Notes: a model not told the origin generated them from the letters alone. A stretch of 64,000 nucleotides of DNA from an uncultured Bacteroidales bacterium (GCA_944325465.1 CALVAE010000017.1:541-64540); one strand, 5' to 3'. Counted from the stretch's first letter, positions 46,205 to 57,256 are shown. Translations and numbers: made by a program.

Positions 46205-48964
46205 CGTGTCTCCGGCTGTAATGACAGCGGTGGCCTTGTGCAGGCCCGGCGCGGTGACAGTCACTTTGATTGTCCCGTTTCCTGTTTTTTCATATTCCTT
46301 GCCCGGCTCTTTTCTCCTGTCTGTCATCCGTCCGGACTGAACGGTTCTTTCAGCACTATCCTCCGTTTTGGAATGGTCTCTGGCTACAATAACAGTGAGT
46401 TGTCCGTTGAAAAGATGCATCTGCGGTATGTGGAACAGTTCCAGACAGGTTGGGTCTCCATTGGCAATGGCCTTGAAGGAGCCTGCCCCTTCGACCTCTA
46501 CCTTGACGAGGCGGCTGTCTGTAGGGACCGGATTCCCGTCCTTGTCAGTTACGCTGACATTCAGATAGATCAGTTCGAGATCTCCGCACATTTCCCCGCA
46601 GACATTTACGGGTTTCCCCGTCCCCGATATTTCCCTTGTGTAGCTGTTCCATCTGTCCGCCACGATTTTCAGGGACCGGGCCTTGCCTGCGGTACGGATT
46701 GTCTTTTCCTCAACGGGATTTCCCCCTGCATCGTATGCTACGACTTTCAGTTCGCCGGGCTGATAGACTACGTCATCCCACATAAGGCGGAATCTTTCCA
46801 TCACTTTCCGTGCATTGTCTCCCCCTTCCCCGTTGCTCCGGATTCCGAACGATCCGCGTTCCCCGGCCTCTTCCGCGCTGACAGCCCGGGATCTGCGGCC
46901 CTGGCTTATCCCGTTGACGAACAGTTCCGCTTCAGGATATGAAGTGTAGACAAATACCGGTGTCACCTCTCCTTCCCTGCCTTCCCAGTTCCAGTGAGGC
47001 AGTATGTGCAGGGTCGGGGATTTCGTGTTCCAGACACTTCTGTAGAGCCAGAACCTGTCTTTAGGGATTGACGCAAGGTCTATCGCCCCGAACATGGATG
47101 AATGGTTGGGCCAGGCATCAGTGTCATAAGGGGACGGTTCTCCAAGATAGTCGAATCCGGTCCACATGAACTGCCCCATTACCCATCCGTAATCCTCGTC
47201 TGCAGCAAAGTCGTCATCAGGGATGTTTGACCAGGAACAGAATTCGGTATCGTAGGAGGATGACTGATGATCCGGGTGTATCCTGTCATATCCGACTGTC
47301 ACCGGGAAGTGGTACGTCCCTCTTGAACTGACAGTCGATGCAGTCTCCGCCCCGAGAACCAGCCCCTGGGGAAGAAGCCTGTATGCTTCCGTATATCTTC
47401 CGACCTTGTAGTTGAAGCCGGCTATGTCGAGCCGGGCCGCAAATCCGTTCCCGAGCACTGCATCGAACTGGTCCATGCCGCAGGTCACCGGTCTTGTCGG
47501 ATCTTCCCGGTGGCAGATATCCTGGAGGAATGCTGCGGTCCGGTATCCGCCTTCAGTCCATTGTGAAGGGACTTCGTTTCCGATGCTCCACATGACGATG
47601 GACGGATTGTTGCGGAAGTGCCTGACAAGGTTCACGACATCCTTTTCCGCCCATTCATCGAAAAACCGGTGGTAGCCGTTTTCGCATTTGGCCACATCCC
47701 ATTCATCGAATGTTTCGGCCATCAGCATGATTCCCATCTCGTCGCACAACTGGACGAGTTCTTCTGCCGGCATATTGTGGGAGGTACGTATCGCATCGCA
47801 GCCCATATCCTTGAGCATCAGGATCTGGTGCCTGATTGCAGATGTGTTCACAGCCGCTCCGAGAGGCCCGAGGTCATGGTGCAGGCATGCCCCTTTGAAT
47901 TTGCGGCATTCCCCGTTGAGGAAGAAACCCTTTCCTGGTCTGATCTCTATGCTGCGGATCCCGAATCTGGTGGAGATACTGTCCTGGAGTTCCGTCCCGT
48001 CAGTGACGGTGATCCTGTGCCGGCCGCTCCAGTCGGTTTCTATGCTCCCTCCGGTAAGGATTTCGGTGTGTGCGGTGTAGAGTGCCGGGGATTCCGGAGA
48101 CCAGAGATTCGGTGAATCCACGTTGAATGTCTGCCCGAATGCAAACCCTTCCGCAAGAGGTCTGGTGTCAGTGGATGATGCCACCGCCCTGCCTGAAGCA
48201 TCCTTGAGGACTGTCCGGACCGTAACTATATCTCCAGGTTCCAGTCCGGCGATTTCGGTCTCGACATTGACGCAGGCATAGTCTTTCCCGACATGCGGAG
48301 TGGTTATGCGGGTGCCCCATACCGGAACATGGACGGTCGGAACGCAAAGCAGTCTTACCTTGCGGTACAGTCCGGCTCCGGGATACCATCTGGATGACTG
48401 GGGCCTGTTTTCAAGCAGGACATCTATCCTGTTGCTGCCGGAATGTACGGCATCCGTAATGTCGCAGTGGAATGAATTATAGCCGTATGGCCAGAAGCAC
48501 ATTTCCCTGCCGTTTACGAGGATGCGGGCTTCGCTCATCGCTCCGTCAAACAGAAGAATGTACCTGCAACTGTCGGAAAGGGCGTCTCCGGAAATTTCGA
48601 CAGTCCTTCTGTAACAGCCTTTTCCCATGTACGGAAGTCCTCCCGAGCGGCCCGTCTTGACTGTCGGGACCTCTTCGTTGTTCTGCTTGACCGCTACTTC
48701 CTGGAGGTCATTTGAACGGTCGAACGGTCCGTAGATCGCCCAGTCGTGCGGGACTGTGACTTTCTCCCAGCCGTCGGTGGCTGCAATGTCGTGCCCGCGG
48801 CGGAATTCCCATTCCGTCAGCAGCAGTTCCGAGCGTACATTATGCCGGAGACCGGTGCCCTTTCTCTGCGGTATGTCTGTATCTCCGGGACTGCCGTATC
48901 CCTGTCCGGCGAAAGACAGGAATGACAGCAGGGAGAGTATTGTTGCGAGTTTCTTTTTTGTCAT
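46196..48964 (-). CDS. GH2 beta-galactosidase (DUF4982)
   Basis: VPHDWAI, SRWYPGAGLYR, HHDLGPLG, IRTSHN, WSIGNE, GAET, WTGFDYLGEP. Confidence 0.94.
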   Translation of the reverse strand: MTKKKLATILSLLSFLSFAGQGYGSPGDTDIPQRKGTGLRHNVRSELLLTEWEFRRGHDIAATDGWEKVTVPHDWAIYGPFDRSNDLQEVAVKQNNEEVPTVKTGRSGGLPYMGKGCYRRTVEISGDALSDSCRYILLFDGAMSEARILVNGREMCFWPYGYNSFHCDITDAVHSGSNRIDVLLENRPQSSRWYPGAGLYRKVRLLCVPTVHVPVWGTRITTPHVGKDYACVNVETEIAGLEPGDIVTVRTVLKDASGRAVASSTDTRPLAEGFAFGQTFNVDSPNLWSPESPALYTAHTEILTGGSIETDWSGRHRITVTDGTELQDSISTRFGIRSIEIRPGKGFFLNGECRKFKGACLHHDLGPLGAAVNTSAIRHQILMLKDMGCDAIRTSHNMPAEELVQLCDEMGIMLMAETFDEWDVAKCENGYHRFFDEWAEKDVVNLVRHFRNNPSIVMWSIGNEVPSQWTEGGYRTAAFLQDICHREDPTRPVTCGMDQFDAVLGNGFAARLDIAGFNYKVGRYTEAYRLLPQGLVLGAETASTVSSRGTYHFPVTVGYDRIHPDHQSSSYDTEFCSWSNIPDDDFAADEDYGWVMGQFMWTGFDYLGEPSPYDTDAWPNHSSMFGAIDLASIPKDRFWLYRSVWNTKSPTLHILPHWNWEGREGEVTPVFVYTSYPEAELFVNGISQGRRSRAVSAEEAGERGSFGIRSNGEGGDNARKVMERFRLMWDDVVYQPGELKVVAYDAGGNPVEEKTIRTAGKARSLKIVADRWNSYTREISGTGKPVNVCGEMCGDLELIYLNVSVTDKDGNPVPTDSRLVKVEVEGAGSFKAIANGDPTCLELFHIPQMHLFNGQLTVIVARDHSKTEDSAERTVQSGRMTDRRKEPGKEYEKTGNGTIKVTVTAPGLHKATAVITAGDTSF

Positions 48965-48982
48965 GGTTTGTCGGGTTTTGTT

Positions 48983-49088
48983 TCAGATCCTTCGCTCTGC
49001 TCAGGATGACATTGTAATATTCAGGATGACATGCAATATTCAGGATGTCATTGCCATAACAGGATGTCATTGCCATAACAGGATGACA
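48983..49088. repeat. REP-like right half expanded into a ~19-bp tandem array
   Basis: caggatg(a/t)ca at 49002, 49022, 49041, 49060 and 49079, preceded by cagatccttcgctctgct. Confidence 0.78.
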
Positions 49089-49095
49089 GGGCGGG

Positions 49096-50208
49096 TTATT
49101 CTGCTGCGGCTTCAGTGAAGGCATCGAGGGCGTGGGTCGGCGCCCCATTCTCGAATGCTCCCATATTGTAGCCTCCGTTATATCCTGCCGGTGCCTCCGG
49201 CTCCCAGTAGAACACTCCGAGGCAGTGCCCGCTGTCCTGCGCCCCGCTGATCAGTTCCTTCAACTGGCTGTAAGCGGCATCCGGATCATCGTATGCCATC
49301 CCGACTTCACAGATCATCACATCGCGTCCGTACTTTTCATACAGGGAAGTTATGTTCGAGACACATTCTCTGATGCGGCTGGCAGCCCCGTTAGGATAGA
49401 GCGACAGTCCGATAATATCGTAATCGACATTGTTGTTTTCCAGAGCGTTGAATACGCCTGCACCCCTGTCGATGTTGTGCCCCTGGTCAACATGAACAAT
49501 GGTTTTCGCGTCAGGATATACGGATTTTACCGCCTGGCATCCCGCTTCTGTCAGGGCTGCATAGTTCTCCGGATGATTCCATACACTTCCTCCGCCGTTT
49601 TCAAAATCAATCCAGTTGCCGTCGGCATCCGCACCCTCTGTATAGAGCATACCGTTTGTGGTCTCGTTGCCAACCTGTACCCAGGTTACGTCTATGCCGT
49701 TGTTCTTCAGCAGGGTGAGGACTTCCGTAGTGTGTTCCGTAACGGCTTCTGCCAGTCTCTCGTTGTCGGCAGCAAACTCCAGCCATGCAGACGGGATAAC
49801 CTGCTTGCCGGGATCGGCCCAGGTGTCGCTATAATGGAAATCTATCATTATCCTCATCCCGAGTCTCTGTGCCCGGAGCGCTTTTGCGAGCACATCGGAT
49901 GCGGAAGACCAGCCTTCTTCAGGATTCACCCATACCCTCAGGCGGATTGCATTCATCCCGATTTCCTTCATCAGGTCCGTACATTCCATATTGTCCCCTT
50001 CAGCGTTATAGAACACTTCCCCCTCGGATTCAAGTTCGGTCACCCAACTGATATCCGCCCCGAGGGCGAAGCCTGTGCTTGCCGTTACAGGCTCCTTCTC
50101 TGCCGGCGGGGTATATTCAGGATTGGGTTCGGTCGTGCAGCCGCCGGAAATGACAGCAGCGGCAAGTATAGTCATCAGCATACTGTATATTGTTTTATTC
50201 GGTTTCAT
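49096..50208 (-). CDS. GH53 endo-beta-1,4-galactanase lipoprotein
   Basis: Lipobox SGGC, GADISW, RLRVWVNP, DFHYSDTWADPGKQ, QVGNE, ICEVG, FYWEP. Confidence 0.95.
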   Translation of the reverse strand: MKPNKTIYSMLMTILAAAVISGGCTTEPNPEYTPPAEKEPVTASTGFALGADISWVTELESEGEVFYNAEGDNMECTDLMKEIGMNAIRLRVWVNPEEGWSSASDVLAKALRAQRLGMRIMIDFHYSDTWADPGKQVIPSAWLEFAADNERLAEAVTEHTTEVLTLLKNNGIDVTWVQVGNETTNGMLYTEGADADGNWIDFENGGGSVWNHPENYAALTEAGCQAVKSVYPDAKTIVHVDQGHNIDRGAGVFNALENNNVDYDIIGLSLYPNGAASRIRECVSNITSLYEKYGRDVMICEVGMAYDDPDAAYSQLKELISGAQDSGHCLGVFYWEPEAPAGYNGGYNMGAFENGAPTHALDAFTEAAAE

Positions 50209-50227
50209 AATCTATCCTTTTGTGACA

Positions 50228-52603
50228 TTATTGTAAGGTCATTGTATATGTCAGATGCGAAGCATCGCTCAGATCTGCATGGATAAGGTAGGTGCCGGCT
50301 TCGGCTACGGTTATGGCATTTCCTCCGTCGGTGAGCACTCCATCCGACCCTCCGAATGCATGGGCCCCGTCATCCTCACCTGCCGTTATCCGGAACGACC
50401 CGCCTGCGTTGAATGTACAGGTCGCTTCCCAGACAAAACCTGTCGTGCTGAAGGCCATCTGAGTCCGGGTTCCTGAATCCGTATCCACAACCTGAGGCTT
50501 GCCGAGATATTCCTGCGTCACTGTCATGTCAATGAGGCTGGCCGTGATTTCATACAGGCCGAGATCGTCTGTCCAGCCGTTGGTCCCGCCTCCTTCGACA
50601 AGAGACGTATTGTTGTCGAGTCCGTATTTTATTCCGGTGTTGGGGGTTGCAACCGACCCGAAAGTGAACTGCGCATACGGAGCGTCCCAGGAGTCGGCCG
50701 TAGAGAAGAATCCTGAATATACTCCATTCTGATCCGGTGACCTGAGTACGGAAGCAAGCCTTTCCTGCCAGTACCCTTCAGTCGCCCAGGTGTAGAACAT
50801 ATAGAAGAATTCATTGTATTCAGGATCAGTGTTTTCCTGATATTCCTCAATGGTATATGTCATGCCTGCAGGATCATTCAGATCAAGGGTGACTGTATAT
50901 GACTTGCCTTCCTCGACCGGAATTTCCGGAACGGCTGCATTCTCGGCACGTATGAGTTGTCCGTTGCCGTCAGGGGAATATTTCCATTCCCAACTGCCGT
51001 TGATATAGAACTGGATTCCGTATTCTCCCCAGGATCCCGGAGTCACAACTGCCGACCAGGTCCTGTCTGCAGGGTCGAATGAGAGTACATCCGCTTCGGC
51101 ATCCCAGCCGTTGAAGTCTCCCACGAGACTTATCGAGGAAATTACCGTACTGCTCCAGTTCCTTTCATTCAGGTCGGCGGTAAGGTAGAGATATGAGGCA
51201 TCTGCATTGTCATACCAGATATTGAACATGTCCTCCCCGCAGTACAGCCTGTAGAGCGCCCCTTCCAGGGAATTGGACGGGACAGAACCGTAGATCTTCG
51301 CTGCGGAGAAGTCCTCGCTGTCTCCGAACTTGAAGTTCTGCCATCCTCCGAGATACTGGAATCCTTCGTATATGCCGTCGGCAGTCTTTCCGAGCCTTCC
51401 CGCTACGGATGACGGATTGTTGTCTGTGAGATTGTACAGGTAGAGAAAATCCGATGAGGCCACGGAATAGTCCGGATCTTCCGGCCAGATACCGGGATCT
51501 TCCCCGCCACCGTCTATATCCACTTCTCCCTCGGCAAGTTCCCATGTCATGTCGGACAGGTACAGGATCAGCGTGCAGGTCCCTGCTGAAACCGATGTGA
51601 TGCAAGTGGAAGTCCCGGCCTCTCCGACTGAAAGGCTGTTGCCTGATGCCACAAGTGACATTGACGAGGCGGTCCCGTCTCCGTTATTGCCGTCATAGAG
51701 CGTCCCTTCAAGATCCACCTGTATGCCCTGGCCTTCTGAAGACGGATTGAGTACGGCAGTGTATGCGTTGTGGCTCGAAGAATATTTCATGGAGACTGCA
51801 TCGCTTCCGGAAAGGGTGGCCGTGGCTCCGTTTATGGCAGTCGCGCTCCATGTGGCGGCGGAAGTGCTCATGGTGATGTAGTAGCAGCCTGTCGGTTCCG
51901 GGAACCAGGTATTCCAACTTGTCATATCCGATTTCTGTTCCAGGACAAATTGGCCGGCATCCGGGACGGCTCCCCATATCGTGCCGTCTCCTTCGTTGAA
52001 GAAGAAATTCCACCATCCGGAAGATATCGGGGCGAATCCGGCGTACGAACCTTCTTCTGCGGCAGGTATCGTTACCGATGTGCCGTCAGTTCCGGCAAGG
52101 GTTATGAAACTCATATCGATGAAATAAGGGGTCACCTTGATACTGATGGAGTTGCCGAAAGTCTCTTCCGCCCCGACCCCCGTACCGAGGGCTGTCCTCA
52201 TCCTTATATGGACGGTCCCTTCAGTTCCGCTTTCAATGCCAAGGCTTGTCACTATGCTGTTGAGTTGGGCGGTAGTGAACTGCACTGCCACTGCATTGTT
52301 GTCCACGACGGTCTCGACCGGATCTGAAAAATCTTCGGAAGCGGAGAACTGGATGGCGTTGACCACAAAATTATCGGCGAACTGTGCGTTTGGATTGCTC
52401 AATGTGGCGTTACCGAGTTCGTCCCACCAGATGGTGAGGGCGAGGGAAGAAGGGGAGTCGATGTCCAGGACTATGTTGTTGTCCGCGCTCCCGATCTGCG
52501 TGCCGTTTCCTGTCACTGTTGCTGTCAGTATCTCCCCGTCTTTGGAGCAGGATACGGCCAGCAGTGAGATGACGGCCATTATCGTATATATCGTTTTTTT
52601 CAT
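50228..52603 (-). CDS. Surface glycan-binding lipoprotein (SusE/F-like, DUF5114/DUF5111 type)
   Basis: Lipobox AVSC-SKDG; repeated Trp-rich beta-sandwich modules (SLVGDFNGWD); lies downstream of susD. Confidence 0.8.
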   Translation of the reverse strand: MKKTIYTIMAVISLLAVSCSKDGEILTATVTGNGTQIGSADNNIVLDIDSPSSLALTIWWDELGNATLSNPNAQFADNFVVNAIQFSASEDFSDPVETVVDNNAVAVQFTTAQLNSIVTSLGIESGTEGTVHIRMRTALGTGVGAEETFGNSISIKVTPYFIDMSFITLAGTDGTSVTIPAAEEGSYAGFAPISSGWWNFFFNEGDGTIWGAVPDAGQFVLEQKSDMTSWNTWFPEPTGCYYITMSTSAATWSATAINGATATLSGSDAVSMKYSSSHNAYTAVLNPSSEGQGIQVDLEGTLYDGNNGDGTASSMSLVASGNSLSVGEAGTSTCITSVSAGTCTLILYLSDMTWELAEGEVDIDGGGEDPGIWPEDPDYSVASSDFLYLYNLTDNNPSSVAGRLGKTADGIYEGFQYLGGWQNFKFGDSEDFSAAKIYGSVPSNSLEGALYRLYCGEDMFNIWYDNADASYLYLTADLNERNWSSTVISSISLVGDFNGWDAEADVLSFDPADRTWSAVVTPGSWGEYGIQFYINGSWEWKYSPDGNGQLIRAENAAVPEIPVEEGKSYTVTLDLNDPAGMTYTIEEYQENTDPEYNEFFYMFYTWATEGYWQERLASVLRSPDQNGVYSGFFSTADSWDAPYAQFTFGSVATPNTGIKYGLDNNTSLVEGGGTNGWTDDLGLYEITASLIDMTVTQEYLGKPQVVDTDSGTRTQMAFSTTGFVWEATCTFNAGGSFRITAGEDDGAHAFGGSDGVLTDGGNAITVAEAGTYLIHADLSDASHLTYTMTLQ

Positions 52604-52653
52604 TGTCTGTAGTTTTTAATTGTCCGGCAGGCGGGCCGGAGGTGTCAGCAGTG

Positions 52654-54267
52654 TCAGAATCCGAGTTCGTTGTTTATTGTCTGTGTTTCAGGGTTTACGG
52701 AATATTCCGCTTCCGGAATCGCGAGAAAACGGAATCTGCTGTCAACGTCCGTACCCTCCTGCGCGTTTGCTTTCCACTGCCAGTTGTAGCCGGAAGTATA
52801 TTTGTTGAACCTGATGAGGTCGGTACGCCGGATACATTCCAGGTAGAATTCCCTGAGTCTTTCGTCGCACAGGAAGTCGAGAGTGAGATCATCGTCGCCG
52901 ATGTTTCCGGCAGCAGAGCCGAAGGCCCTTTCCCTCACATTGTTGACATATCCGAGAGCCTCGGACCTTGTCGCTCCCGAACCACCCCTTACAACCGCTT
53001 CCGCAAGCATCAGATATACATCCGCAAGTCTGAATACAGGGAAGTCGGTATTGGCTCCTCCGCCTTCTCCGCAGAAACTTGACGCCTCGCCATCGTCAGT
53101 CACATTGGTCCATTTGGCGATGCGGTATCCGGTCGTGGCGTCATCATGGGCGGTAATATCCTTGCTCCTTGCCGTTTCGGTATAGGTCCCGTCTCCGTTT
53201 GATTCCCTGTCGTAGTCCAGAATCAGGTTCCTTGTGTCCCCGTATTCGAATATGTCGGCCAGTTGCGGACGGGCGCGGAGATTGTTCCATGCGTTCGCGC
53301 CGTCGTTTCCCCAGATGTTCACGGCATCCGCAAATCCGTCAAGTACCTGACCGCAGACAATGAAGGTGGTGGCATCCCATGTCGTCGTTTTCGTACCGTC
53401 ACAGGCAAGGGTGAATATGATTTCACTGCCGCCCATCGCCCTGAGGTGGTTGTCTCCGTTGAACAGTTTCCTGTAGTCAGGCTCAAGTTCGTAGCCGTCC
53501 TTGAGAACTTCCTTGCAGGCGCTGATGCAATCGGTATAACGGTCCTCTCCTGTCCATGTTTCGGCGTTGAGGTAGAGTCTGGCGAGCAGGGTGTATGCGG
53601 CTCCTCTCGTGGCATGGCCGTAGTTTGAGACCTCCAGCGTTTCGGCGATTCCGGTCAGTTCGCCGGTAAGGAAATCGAACATCTGGCTTCTGTCATAGGT
53701 AGTCGGGATATATGCCCCTACTCCGTCGTTCTCGGTGACAAAAGGCATCTTGTTGTAGAAGTCGATTGCATGGGAATAGGCGTAGGCCCTGAGGAACCGG
53801 GCTTCAGCCTTGTATTCCTCCACGCGTGCCCTTCCATCTTCGTCCAGCCGCGACAGGAGGCTTTCATCGGATGCGTTCCTGATGAAGTCGTTGCACATGG
53901 CCACGATGTTGTAGATATGGTAGTACATAGCCGAGCACCATGGATTGCTTGCCGTCCAGGAAAGTCCGTTGACATCTGTCAGGGTCTCTCCGGAGAGCCA
54001 GATAGGATCACAGGAGTCGGTGGAACAGTCCTGGAACATTATAAGAGTCCTGAGGTAGTTCTGGCTGCGTGATTCCGAGGAAACGCTGCTTATCCTCTGG
54101 ATGAAGGCGGCGTAGATTCCGCCGAGAACCTGCTGGTATCCGTCAGCGGAGGTGAAGACATCGTTTGCGGTGTATGTCGAATGCGGATACTGGTCCAGGT
54201 CACCGACGCAGGATGAACTTCCGGCCATAAGGACCAGTGCCGATACAATATATATTATCTTTTTCAT
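52654..54267 (-). CDS. susD: SusD/RagB lipoprotein
   Basis: Lipobox SSSC-VGDLDQYP, AEARFLRA, LLARLYLNAE, FRLADVYLMLAEA, RRTDLIRF. Confidence 0.95.
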   Translation of the reverse strand: MKKIIYIVSALVLMAGSSSCVGDLDQYPHSTYTANDVFTSADGYQQVLGGIYAAFIQRISSVSSESRSQNYLRTLIMFQDCSTDSCDPIWLSGETLTDVNGLSWTASNPWCSAMYYHIYNIVAMCNDFIRNASDESLLSRLDEDGRARVEEYKAEARFLRAYAYSHAIDFYNKMPFVTENDGVGAYIPTTYDRSQMFDFLTGELTGIAETLEVSNYGHATRGAAYTLLARLYLNAETWTGEDRYTDCISACKEVLKDGYELEPDYRKLFNGDNHLRAMGGSEIIFTLACDGTKTTTWDATTFIVCGQVLDGFADAVNIWGNDGANAWNNLRARPQLADIFEYGDTRNLILDYDRESNGDGTYTETARSKDITAHDDATTGYRIAKWTNVTDDGEASSFCGEGGGANTDFPVFRLADVYLMLAEAVVRGGSGATRSEALGYVNNVRERAFGSAAGNIGDDDLTLDFLCDERLREFYLECIRRTDLIRFNKYTSGYNWQWKANAQEGTDVDSRFRFLAIPEAEYSVNPETQTINNELGF

Positions 54268-54280
54268 ATGGAACTGTTCT

Positions 54281-57256
54281 TTAGAAAGTGAGTCCGATAC
54301 CAAGAGAATAGATCCGAGGCCGCGGATAGAAATTCTGGTCCACTCCGAGGTAGATTTCCGGGTCTATCCCAGAGTACTTTGTGATGGTGAATACGTTCTG
54401 TATCATGAATGACAGGTTCAGCCCGACAACATCCTTGATTCTCCCGAAGTTGTAATTCAGGGTCAGGTTGTCCATCTTCAGGAAGGAAGCGTTCTCGACA
54501 TAATAGTCGGACAGGAGTTGTCTGGTCTGGAATCCGGTTTGGAGATAGCTTGTGGACAGATTGAAAAGGGCGTCGTCCACGTATTTCATCGTCTCGAGTG
54601 CACCGTTGTTGGAGGCGGTGGCATTGTATGCGTAGTTGCCGATATTGGCTCGGAGCGAAGTGCTGAGCGTCAGGTTCTTCCATCTGAGTGAAGTGCTGAA
54701 CCCGAGCATATAGTCAGGAGTAGGGGAGTGGTAGAAATACCGGTCTTCGGTAGTGATGGCTCCGTCTCCGTTCAGGTCGGCATACCCTCCTTCTATAGGT
54801 TTCCCGGAAGTGTCATACAACTGTTTGTAGACATAGAAAGCGTATGGGGTCTGGCCTTCTGCGAAAGCCTGCACCTGCTGGGCATCGATATATGACCCTA
54901 CCAGAGTAGGGGCAACGCTTGCTTCCTCTATGAGTGACAGGTTGGTGATTTTCACCTGCTGCCATGTCATGTTGGCCGCCAGGCTCCATGTCCAGTCCCT
55001 TGTATCAATCGGGGTCGCGTTGAGATTCACTTCCACGCCCTGGCTGTAGACATTCCCGACATTGGTGGTGATTGTCCTTGTGAAATTCGTTCCCGCAGCG
55101 GCAGGTACGGTGGCAAGCAGGTCCCTGGTATTCCTTGTATAGTAGTCTATGCTTCCCGAGATCCGGTCTTCAAGAAATCCGAAATCCAGACCGAAGTTCC
55201 ATGATTCGGTAGTTTCCCAGGTCAGGTCGGATACGTAGGCGCCTGGCTGGTAGTATATGTTGTGCAGGATGTCTCCGGACAGGCTGACCCCGGTAACATA
55301 CTGGGAGTTGGACCCTGACAGATAGTAGGTGCCCATGTATCCGTAGTTGCCGATTCCGTCCTGCTGTCCGGTGATACCGTATGATGCCCTGAGTTTCAGA
55401 TTGTTGAGGACTCCGTTGTCTTTCAGGAACTTTTCTTCGGCGATATTCCATGCTAGGGCGACTGACGGGAAGGTACCCCATCTCTGGTCAGGGGCGAAAC
55501 GGGACGAACCGTCACGTCTGATGGTTGCGGTCAGCATATATCTTCCGTCCACCGACCAGTTGAGTCTTGCATAATATGAAAGCAGCACGTGCCTCTGGTC
55601 GTTTGCCGTCCATGCCGAGTTGAGGCTTGTGACCTTGTCCGCCCTGTAACTGTCCCCTGCGGAAACGTATGACCTCCAGTACTGGTAGTCGTATCCGACA
55701 GTGGCATCGATACGGGATTTCAGAGACTTTATTTCCTTGTTGTAGTTGAGGTAGACGGTCAGAAGCCTGTTTTCCGCAGTGTTCGGGCCTGACGGGGTGT
55801 ACAGACCTTCGTTGAGGTAGTGCTCTGCCGCCGTTGCCGGCACGAATACTTCGCTTCTGCCTGATGCATAATCATATCCGCCAGTTACATGCAGTTTCAG
55901 TTCCGGCAGGAAGTGCATCTTGTAGTCGATGTCGAGGTTAGTGATGATACGGTTCATCCTCTCCCTGCTGTCAGTCTGCATAAGGAGTCCGAGAGGGTTG
56001 AGGGCGGATTCCGTAGGTACACCTCCGGAAATTATTTCGGAATAGCCCCCAAATGCATCGGAACCGGAATATACAGGTCTTGTAGGGTCTCCCGTTGTTG
56101 CATTGTAGATTGCCGACCCGCTCGGAGCGTACCTGTTCCTGTTGATGGCCCCTTTGGCGCTGAAGTTTATCTGGAGCAGTCCGTCGAAGAATGAAGGGTT
56201 GAGGTTGATGTTTCCGGTGTATCTGGTGGCATTGTCCGTCTTGACTATACCGTCCTGGTTATAGTATCCGAGGGATACGCGGAAAGGGAAATTCCTTGAG
56301 AACTTTCCGGCAAGACTGAGGTTGTTGTCGGTACCGAATGCAGTCTGGTAAATCTGGTCGTTCCAGTCCGTGAATCCGTTGGCCTGCCAGTCACCCATAA
56401 GGTCGGCATAACCCTGCGCGGTGGCGATGTCTACAAACTGTTCCGGAGACAGCATAGAAGGGGTCCTGATCTTGTTCTGAAGGGACAGGGTGGTGTTGAA
56501 ACTGACTGAAAGCCTGTCGCTTCTTCCTTTCTTTGTAGTGATGATCACGACACCGTTGGATGCACGGGAGCCGTAGATGGCCGTTGAAGAGGCATCTTTC
56601 AACACTGTCATTGACTCGATGTCATTCGGGTTTATAAGGGAAAGGAAGTTTGTGCCCATTCCGCTTACTCCTCCGCTTTCAAGCGGTACACCGTCCAGGA
56701 CGATCAGAGGGTCGTTTGATGCGTTCAGCGAAGCCCCTCCCCTGATCCTGATGGTGCTTCCGCTTGTAGGGGAACCTCCGGAAGACAGTATCTGTACTCC
56801 TGATACCTTTCCGTTGATGAGTTGTTCAGGTGAAGAGATAAGACCTTCATTGAAATCCTTGGTGCTGACGGATGACAGCGAACCTGTCATGTCCTTTCTT
56901 GTCGTGGTTCCGTAGCCGATGACTATCGCATCCGTCAGCACTTCGGTATCCGGCTGCATCTGGATGTCTATCACCGTACGCCCTTCCACCGGTATTTCCT
57001 GCGACTGGTAGCCGAGATAGGAGAACGAGAGAATTCCGTCCGCAGGCACTTCTATCTCGTAATGTCCGTCAATGTCGGTCGTGGAGCCGACAGTGGTACC
57101 TTTTACTATGACCGTCATACCGATCATAGTGGCTCCGGTTTCGTCCGTGACTGTCCCTATCACCTTGTGTTCCTGAGCCCATGCCCCGTATGGGAAGAGG
57201 AAGACCGACAGGGCCAGCAGCATGGCGCCGGCAACCTTTGAAAACGATCGTTTCAT
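54281..57256 (-). CDS. susC: SusC TonB-dependent transporter
   Basis: IRIRGGASLNASNDPLIVLDG, LKDASSTAIYGSRASNGV, ENASFLKMDN, YPRPR..LTF. Confidence 0.96.
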   Translation of the reverse strand: MKRSFSKVAGAMLLALSVFLFPYGAWAQEHKVIGTVTDETGATMIGMTVIVKGTTVGSTTDIDGHYEIEVPADGILSFSYLGYQSQEIPVEGRTVIDIQMQPDTEVLTDAIVIGYGTTTRKDMTGSLSSVSTKDFNEGLISSPEQLINGKVSGVQILSSGGSPTSGSTIRIRGGASLNASNDPLIVLDGVPLESGGVSGMGTNFLSLINPNDIESMTVLKDASSTAIYGSRASNGVVIITTKKGRSDRLSVSFNTTLSLQNKIRTPSMLSPEQFVDIATAQGYADLMGDWQANGFTDWNDQIYQTAFGTDNNLSLAGKFSRNFPFRVSLGYYNQDGIVKTDNATRYTGNINLNPSFFDGLLQINFSAKGAINRNRYAPSGSAIYNATTGDPTRPVYSGSDAFGGYSEIISGGVPTESALNPLGLLMQTDSRERMNRIITNLDIDYKMHFLPELKLHVTGGYDYASGRSEVFVPATAAEHYLNEGLYTPSGPNTAENRLLTVYLNYNKEIKSLKSRIDATVGYDYQYWRSYVSAGDSYRADKVTSLNSAWTANDQRHVLLSYYARLNWSVDGRYMLTATIRRDGSSRFAPDQRWGTFPSVALAWNIAEEKFLKDNGVLNNLKLRASYGITGQQDGIGNYGYMGTYYLSGSNSQYVTGVSLSGDILHNIYYQPGAYVSDLTWETTESWNFGLDFGFLEDRISGSIDYYTRNTRDLLATVPAAAGTNFTRTITTNVGNVYSQGVEVNLNATPIDTRDWTWSLAANMTWQQVKITNLSLIEEASVAPTLVGSYIDAQQVQAFAEGQTPYAFYVYKQLYDTSGKPIEGGYADLNGDGAITTEDRYFYHSPTPDYMLGFSTSLRWKNLTLSTSLRANIGNYAYNATASNNGALETMKYVDDALFNLSTSYLQTGFQTRQLLSDYYVENASFLKMDNLTLNYNFGRIKDVVGLNLSFMIQNVFTITKYSGIDPEIYLGVDQNFYPRPRIYSLGIGLTF

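Noticed and set aside
49002-49088. Possible CRISPR mini-array
   Set aside because: Repeats are 10 bp with 9-10 bp linkers, some identical; no cas genes; it matches the REP-like family
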